A stretch of DNA of 64,000 nt. Source: Gammaproteobacteria bacterium (GTDB lineage: Bacteria > Pseudomonadota > Gammaproteobacteria > Ga0077536). The position numbers and the translations under genes are program-made. The stretch's first letter is position 1; each line of letters starts with the position of its first letter. The notes below the pieces were generated by a model that did no database searches, was not told the DNA's origin, and saw only the letters and a program-made list of their open reading frames with translations. Positions 59,194-64,000 of the stretch are shown here, piece by piece. The stretch spans positions 2,395,856 through 2,459,855 of the forward strand of contig CAXXLL010000003.1 in NCBI GenBank assembly GCA_963662545.2, read 5' to 3'.

Positions 59194-59369
59194 ACTACTC
59201 TATCGTTTATATCGCTACTTCTTCATCATGAAACAATGCCTGGCGCATCATCGCGCCATATTAAAGGTGTCTACTAAACCGAGGCCGGTCTAAAAGCGAT
59301 CACGACAACTCTAGGCAATTTATACCGGGTCTTCCCGATCGACGCGGTGAGCGAATTAGAATAAACCCC

Positions 59370-60053
59370 TTACTTCCCCTTCTTTGCGTTTTTACGAAGT
59401 GCGGCCGCTCGCCACAAATACCAGCTCGCAACGGTCCGGTAGGGCCGCCATCGTTCACCGCGATTTTGCACGCGTGCGCGATCCGGCATCGCCGACTGCC
59501 GCATGGTATAAGCGTAGCCTTGGCGAATACCCAGATCATCGACCGGTAGTACGTCCGGGCGGCCCAAGCGGAACATGAGCAACATCTGCGCTGTCCAGCG
59601 ACCGATGCCACGCACGGCCACGAGACGCTCGATAATGGCCTCGTCGTCCATGCCTTCCATTTCTTTCAGGGTCGGGATCTCACCAGCGAGTGTTCTACGG
59701 GCCAGATCGCGCAGTGCCAGAGTCTTGGCTTGCGAGAGACCGGCTCCGCGAAGTTTCTCTGCGGAAATACGCAGAATCTGCTTTTCACTGGGCGCACCCA
59801 CGGTGCGCGGGAACAGCGCGCATACGCGCGCGAAAATCGTGGCCGCGGCTTTGCCACTCAGCTGCTGATTGACGATCGCCTCGGTCAGCGCGCCAAAGAT
59901 ACTGACAGTGTGCTTGAGTTCCATGCGGCAAGGTCCGACTCTATCTATCATGCGCGCGAGTGACTTGTCGGCGCGCCGTAGATGCGCAATCGCAGAGTTG
60001 GGTTCGACCCTGAATGAGGTCGTATACGATGCGGGTTTACGCGCGGTAGCCAC
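59370..60053 (-). CDS. HhH-GPD DNA glycosylase (3-methyladenine glycosylase II-like)
   Basis: 227 aa. QQLSGKAAATIF, LVAVRGIGRWTAQMLLMF..PVDDLG. Confidence 0.8.
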   Translation of the reverse strand: MATARKPASYTTSFRVEPNSAIAHLRRADKSLARMIDRVGPCRMELKHTVSIFGALTEAIVNQQLSGKAAATIFARVCALFPRTVGAPSEKQILRISAEKLRGAGLSQAKTLALRDLARRTLAGEIPTLKEMEGMDDEAIIERLVAVRGIGRWTAQMLLMFRLGRPDVLPVDDLGIRQGYAYTMRQSAMPDRARVQNRGERWRPYRTVASWYLWRAAALRKNAKKGK

Positions 60054-60187
60054 TTTCTCTATCCGGTAGTGCCAACTTAAGGTAGAACTTAAAGTATTTG
60101 CGGCGAAATGAGCCGGCCCCTACCGCGAATTGATCTGCTTAAAATGGAAGTTCGCAATCGGCGCCCCTCTTTTTCTTCTTCTGATTG

Positions 60188-60982
60188 CTAAACCTTTCTT
60201 GCCCGGCTCATCAGAAAATCCTGGCGCAGGGCGTTATTGTCAAAGTAATTCGAGATTAGACTTTCGAATTCCGCGCGGAACCGAGTGAGACGATCGGCGT
60301 CATCTGCCAGGGATTCGACCAGACGAGATACCGGGCCCGCGTTTGCTTCCATGAAAAGGCGTACATGCGCCGGGCTCAGCGCAGGAAACAACAAAGTGCC
60401 GCTGTCGAACGCAAGGTCGGTGACGGCATCGCCAAGCCGTTGGCGCACGATATTCGGATCGCCCCATGCAGTCGGCGGCGGGACGCCTTCTGGGGGCGGC
60501 GGTGCGTAGCGGCCAATCAGCTTGAACATCAGCCCGATATAGAACTCGGGCGGCCAGGTCGAAAAAGCAATGATGCCGCCCGGCTTCAACACGCGCAGCA
60601 TCTCGCTTACCGTGATAGCAGGACGCGGGCCGAACATGTGGCCGAACTGACTGACGACGTGATCGAAGCTTGCGTCGTCGAACGGAAGGTTCTCGACATC
60701 GCCCTCCCGGAACTCGATGGTCACACCGGCCAGAGCAGCATTCTCCGCGGCGCGACCAAGCAACGCCGGTGTGAGATCAAGACCGGTAACCTCGGCACCG
60801 ACTCGCGCCATACTCAGAGCGACTACGCCGGTGCCGCAGGCGACGTCCAACACGCAGTCGCCTTGGTTGACGCCGGCAAACTTGACGAGCATTGGCGCAA
60901 CGGATCCCGTCATCGTCTCGAAAGGTGCGAACGTCGACCAGCCCTCACGGGCCGCCTCTTTCATCTTGGCAATGGGATCCAT
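60188..60982 (-). CDS. Class I SAM-dependent methyltransferase
   Basis: 264 aa. Motif I VLDVACGTGVV and post-I GLDL. Confidence 0.8.
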   Translation of the reverse strand: MDPIAKMKEAAREGWSTFAPFETMTGSVAPMLVKFAGVNQGDCVLDVACGTGVVALSMARVGAEVTGLDLTPALLGRAAENAALAGVTIEFREGDVENLPFDDASFDHVVSQFGHMFGPRPAITVSEMLRVLKPGGIIAFSTWPPEFYIGLMFKLIGRYAPPPPEGVPPPTAWGDPNIVRQRLGDAVTDLAFDSGTLLFPALSPAHVRLFMEANAGPVSRLVESLADDADRLTRFRAEFESLISNYFDNNALRQDFLMSRARKV

Positions 60983-61439
60983 TGGGAATTCTCCAAATAA
61001 ATTGAATTAGGCTTTACACGCGTGTGCGGTGTCCAGGATTTCTGCGCAAGGTGATGACGATACGTTGGTTACGATACTCACTGGCGTCCGTGCACATTCG
61101 GTATCACAATATTGCTGATAAAGAAACCGATGGGTAGAGTCGAATCAATCATGCACACGTATTCGAAATGTGATTATACGACTCGCAATTACGACATCCG
61201 AATATTCATTTTGGGAGCGCATAAAGTTGCCAGATTGATCACTATGGAGCACCAGGTGAATCGGCCTGACCCCTTTATCACTTCTCCGGCCAAGAACGGC
61301 CCCAGATGAGCGCGTATGACGACAGTTAATTGAGAATGGAAAGGACAAAATTTGGCGGGCGCAGCAGGGAATACCCACGATCCGTTTGACCATAACCACT
61401 TGAATGGAACGACTTTCATCGCCTTGGGTTTATGGGTGT

Positions 61440-61477
61440 CCCGAAATTCCCCCGAAATTCCCCCGAAATTTCCCCCG
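61440..61477. repeat. 11 bp tandem repeat (CCCGAAATTCC) x3 plus a partial fourth unit
   Basis: Units at 61440-61450, 61451-61461 and 61462-61473 (the third has one extra T), then CCCG. Lies in a ~700 bp AT-rich non-coding gap. Confidence 0.85.
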
Positions 61478-61655
61478 TGGGATTGCTACCTTGTACGATG
61501 ACGGTCGCGAACGAGCGGACCGGGCGAATTTCCCTGACTCGCGTCCCGCTGGGCACGGCTCACTAGATATAGAATGAAAATATAAGAAATATGGTCAGAT
61601 ATTATTCGTTACCGTAGCTGAATATCGTTACACTCGGCCATTCGAATCCTGTCGG

Positions 61656-61675
61656 CCCAATCCCAATCCCAATCC
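61656..61675. repeat. (CCCAAT)x3 tandem repeat abutting the SD of the LLM gene
   Basis: CCCAATCCCAATCCCAATCC is followed by GGAGG (61676-61680) and ATG at 61686. Confidence 0.85.
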
Positions 61676-61685
61676 GGAGGAATCC

Positions 61686-62912
61686 ATGGCGTTACCCAAA
61701 GTCATCGTGCAACTCTATCCCATGATTCCCGCGGGCGGCGAGGAAGGCCGCAAGGCCAAAAGGCCGGTCGGGGCCGACAACGAAGCCTACCACCGGATCA
61801 TTCACGAATGGACGGATATCGCCAAGGAAGCGGACGCCATGGGGGTGTGGGGATTGTCGACCATCGAGCATCACCTGCATTCCGAGGGCTACGAAGTAGG
61901 CCCCAATCCCGGCGTACTAAACGCCTACTGGGCCGCGCACGTCAAGAATGCCCACGTCGGCGCGCTCGGCTACGTCGCCGCGACACAGGATCCGATCCGG
62001 ATCGCCGAGGAAACAGCGATCCTCGACCACCTCACCAACGGCAAGTACTTCGTTGGATTCGCGCGCGGTTACCAGTCGCGCTGGACGAACATTCTCGGGC
62101 AATTCACCGGTACGCCGGCGACGGTCTCCGATGGCAGTAAAGAAGACGACTTGAACCGCGAGATCTTCGAAGAACGGGTCGAGATGGTGCTCGAATGCTG
62201 GCAGACCGAATCGACCATCCTGAACGGCAAGTACTACCAGGCGCCCTATCCGCTCGAGACCGGCGTTCAGAACTACCCCGCGGCCGCCATCGCGCGCGAA
62301 GCGGGACTCCCGGGCGAGATCGACGAAAATGACAGCGTCCGCAAGATCTGCGTACTGCCCAAGCCATACCAGAAACCCTATCCACCCGTCTTCGTAGCGG
62401 CCAGCAAAAGCCGAGCATCGATAGAATTCTGCGCGAAGCATGGTTTTCGCCCGGTTTACTTCATGCCGAATCAGGGCATGTTCGACCTGTCGAAAGTCTA
62501 CGTCGAAGAGGCCGCCAGGCACGGCCACGATTTCGCCCTCGGCGAGCGCCAGGCGCTGGTCCGCTGGCCGCATATCACCAAGACCCAGGAGGAATTCGAC
62601 CGCAAACTGCGTCTCTATGACCTCGACGTCTACAAGAATTTCTACGGACCGTTCTTTCCGCAGTTCCCACAGGGCGACGAGAGCACCATGATTCAGAGCA
62701 TGAAGGATTCGGGGATCTTCATCGGCGGCACCATCGAGGAGTCCATCCGCCAGTGGCGGGTGATCTACGACGAAGTGCCGGTCGAATACATCACCCTGAT
62801 CTGGCATTGGGCGGAACAGCCCAAAGATGACATGCTTGAAGAGATGCGGCTGTTCATGGAAAAGGTGCTTCCCGAACTCGAATTTCCGGATTATTCGAGG
62901 AAAGCCGCTTGA
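61686..62912 (+). CDS. LLM-class flavin-dependent oxidoreductase
   Basis: 408 aa. GLSTIEHHL, LDHLTNGKYFVGFARG. Confidence 0.8.
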   Translation: MALPKVIVQLYPMIPAGGEEGRKAKRPVGADNEAYHRIIHEWTDIAKEADAMGVWGLSTIEHHLHSEGYEVGPNPGVLNAYWAAHVKNAHVGALGYVAATQDPIRIAEETAILDHLTNGKYFVGFARGYQSRWTNILGQFTGTPATVSDGSKEDDLNREIFEERVEMVLECWQTESTILNGKYYQAPYPLETGVQNYPAAAIAREAGLPGEIDENDSVRKICVLPKPYQKPYPPVFVAASKSRASIEFCAKHGFRPVYFMPNQGMFDLSKVYVEEAARHGHDFALGERQALVRWPHITKTQEEFDRKLRLYDLDVYKNFYGPFFPQFPQGDESTMIQSMKDSGIFIGGTIEESIRQWRVIYDEVPVEYITLIWHWAEQPKDDMLEEMRLFMEKVLPELEFPDYSRKAA

Positions 62913-63230
62913 GTTGATGCCCTGATCGCACGCGCCAACGAGTTCCGACCGTCTTTTCCTCGTAACCCGCTTGCGGACGAGCCCCGTCCTCTCGAACATT
63001 ATTGAACCTAAGGAATCTCTGAATAAGTCATGGCACATCTGCCTTGACCATGAAATGGCGGAGCCGTACGTTACTAACCTTGCCCATAGTCCCCGCTATG
63101 GCCTGCGTTCGTGCCTTGACCTGCACCATTGCATGAACCATTCAGACGTTCCATGGCTTATTCAGAGGTTCCCTAATCAAACGCTATAGCGTTTCCGCAC
63201 CTCCCCCGACGATGGTTCACGGAGCGCACC

Positions 63231-64000
63231 ATGCCGAATAACCCTATCGAACAATTCACCGTTAGTAAGGACGACTTCCGCTTCGTCGGCGAACGGCTGC
63301 AACGCCCCGAATGCATCCTCGCCGAAAAGGACGGTACTCTGTGGTCAGCGGACGCCCGCGGCGGCGTCGTCAGGATCGATGCCGACGGGACGCAAACCAT
63401 CATTACACAATCCCATGCGGCCGACGCCTTCAGTTCCAGTAAAGACGAGGCCCAGAAATTCGTTGCGGGCACTTTGCCTAACGGTCTCGCGTTCGCCGAT
63501 AACGGTGACATCTGGATTTCGAACTTCGGTACCGACTGCCTCGAGCGTATGAAGCGTACGGGCGAGACGGAGGTAATCCTCGATAGTGTTGACGGGGAAC
63601 CCATCGGCAAGGTCAACTTCATCGCCCGCGATACGCGGAACCGGATCTGGATCACAATCTCGACCATGTTTTCCGATTGGCCGAAGGCGCTTTGCAAAAA
63701 CGTCGTCGACGGGCGCGTGCTGTTGTTCGAGGAAAGCAAGGGCGTTCGCATCGTTGCGGACAACCTGCATTTCACCAACGAGTGCAAGCTCGATGCCCGA
63801 GAGGAGCATCTCTATGTCGTGCAGACCTGCGGCCGCAACGTCGTGCGCTACCGGATTGGGTCAAACGGAGATTTATCGGGCCGGGAAGTCTTTGGTCCAG
63901 AAGACCACGGCCGTTTCATCGACGGAATCGCCTTCGACAGCTACGGCAACTTGTGGGGCACGTACATCATGAACGACGGGATCTTCGCCATCACGCCGGA
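63231..64000 (+). CDS. SMP-30/gluconolactonase/LRE-like protein; N-terminal part, gene runs off the window end
   Basis: Not in the ORF track (no stop in the window). Manual translation from ATG 63231: MPNNPIEQFTVSKDDFRFVGERLQRPECILAEKDGTLWSADARGGVVRIDADG..LPNGLAFADNGDIWISNFG..HFTNE..IDGIAFDSYGNLWG. Confidence 0.7.
   Translation, partial: MPNNPIEQFTVSKDDFRFVGERLQRPECILAEKDGTLWSADARGGVVRIDADGTQTIITQSHAADAFSSSKDEAQKFVAGTLPNGLAFADNGDIWISNFGTDCLERMKRTGETEVILDSVDGEPIGKVNFIARDTRNRIWITISTMFSDWPKALCKNVVDGRVLLFEESKGVRIVADNLHFTNECKLDAREEHLYVVQTCGRNVVRYRIGSNGDLSGREVFGPEDHGRFIDGIAFDSYGNLWGTYIMNDGIFAITP

Noticed and set aside
61440-61477. Short direct repeats checked as a possible CRISPR array.
   Set aside because: The units are 11 bp and contiguous with no spacers, and there are no cas genes in the window.

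Overview
This is a 64 kb chromosomal window of about 60% GC. It is densely coding on both strands and carries no recognisable transposase, integrase, phage, CRISPR or canonical defence genes. I support about 55 protein genes, one tRNA-Arg(UCG), one cobalamin riboswitch, a REP-like palindromic repeat family at four loci, two other inverted-repeat elements and three short tandem repeats.

Gene content in order:
- A GT-C/GT2 glycosylation pair, cut by the window start.
- A TTQ amine dehydrogenase cluster (mauB-E-D-A plus a monoheme cytochrome c), divergent from a Zn-ADH.
- A three-gene 2-oxoacid:ferredoxin/NADP oxidoreductase set (GltD-like flavo-FeS protein, KorA, KorB).
- Sulfate activation genes: cysD with a long N-terminal extension, cysNC and a DUF2061 protein.
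- A MetE-like gene followed by yjcH-actP.
- An orphan hybrid histidine kinase, an OFA-type MFS transporter and a PEP-CTERM protein.
- A dadA-like gene and a riboswitch-controlled BtuB-like receptor.
- HU, a second GT-C membrane protein and a CobB/Sir2 deacylase.
- Two amidohydrolases.
- A DUF1800/DUF1501 pair, where the DUF1800 gene has an in-frame TAA.
- A PhyH-OCD-FAH operon.
- An oxidative catabolic block: LLM, cupin, SDR, MBL lactonase-like, Rieske plus PQQ dehydrogenase, and a XylMA-like membrane di-iron hydroxylase with its reductase.
- A low-GC segment carrying an adenylate cyclase.
- A final LLM gene and an SMP-30 gene that runs off the window end.

I did not find one unambiguous new system. 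The best candidates for follow-up are:
- The periplasmic Rieske protein coupled to a PQQ dehydrogenase that lacks the vicinal Cys-Cys and has a D-x-D signature, next to the XylMA-like hydroxylase.
- The 208-codon in-frame extension on cysD.
- The mauG-less TTQ cluster.
- The interrupted DUF1800 gene.
- Several unexplained palindromic or tandem repeat elements in leaders and intergenic DNA.

All functional calls come from reading motifs in the supplied translations. No database search was possible.
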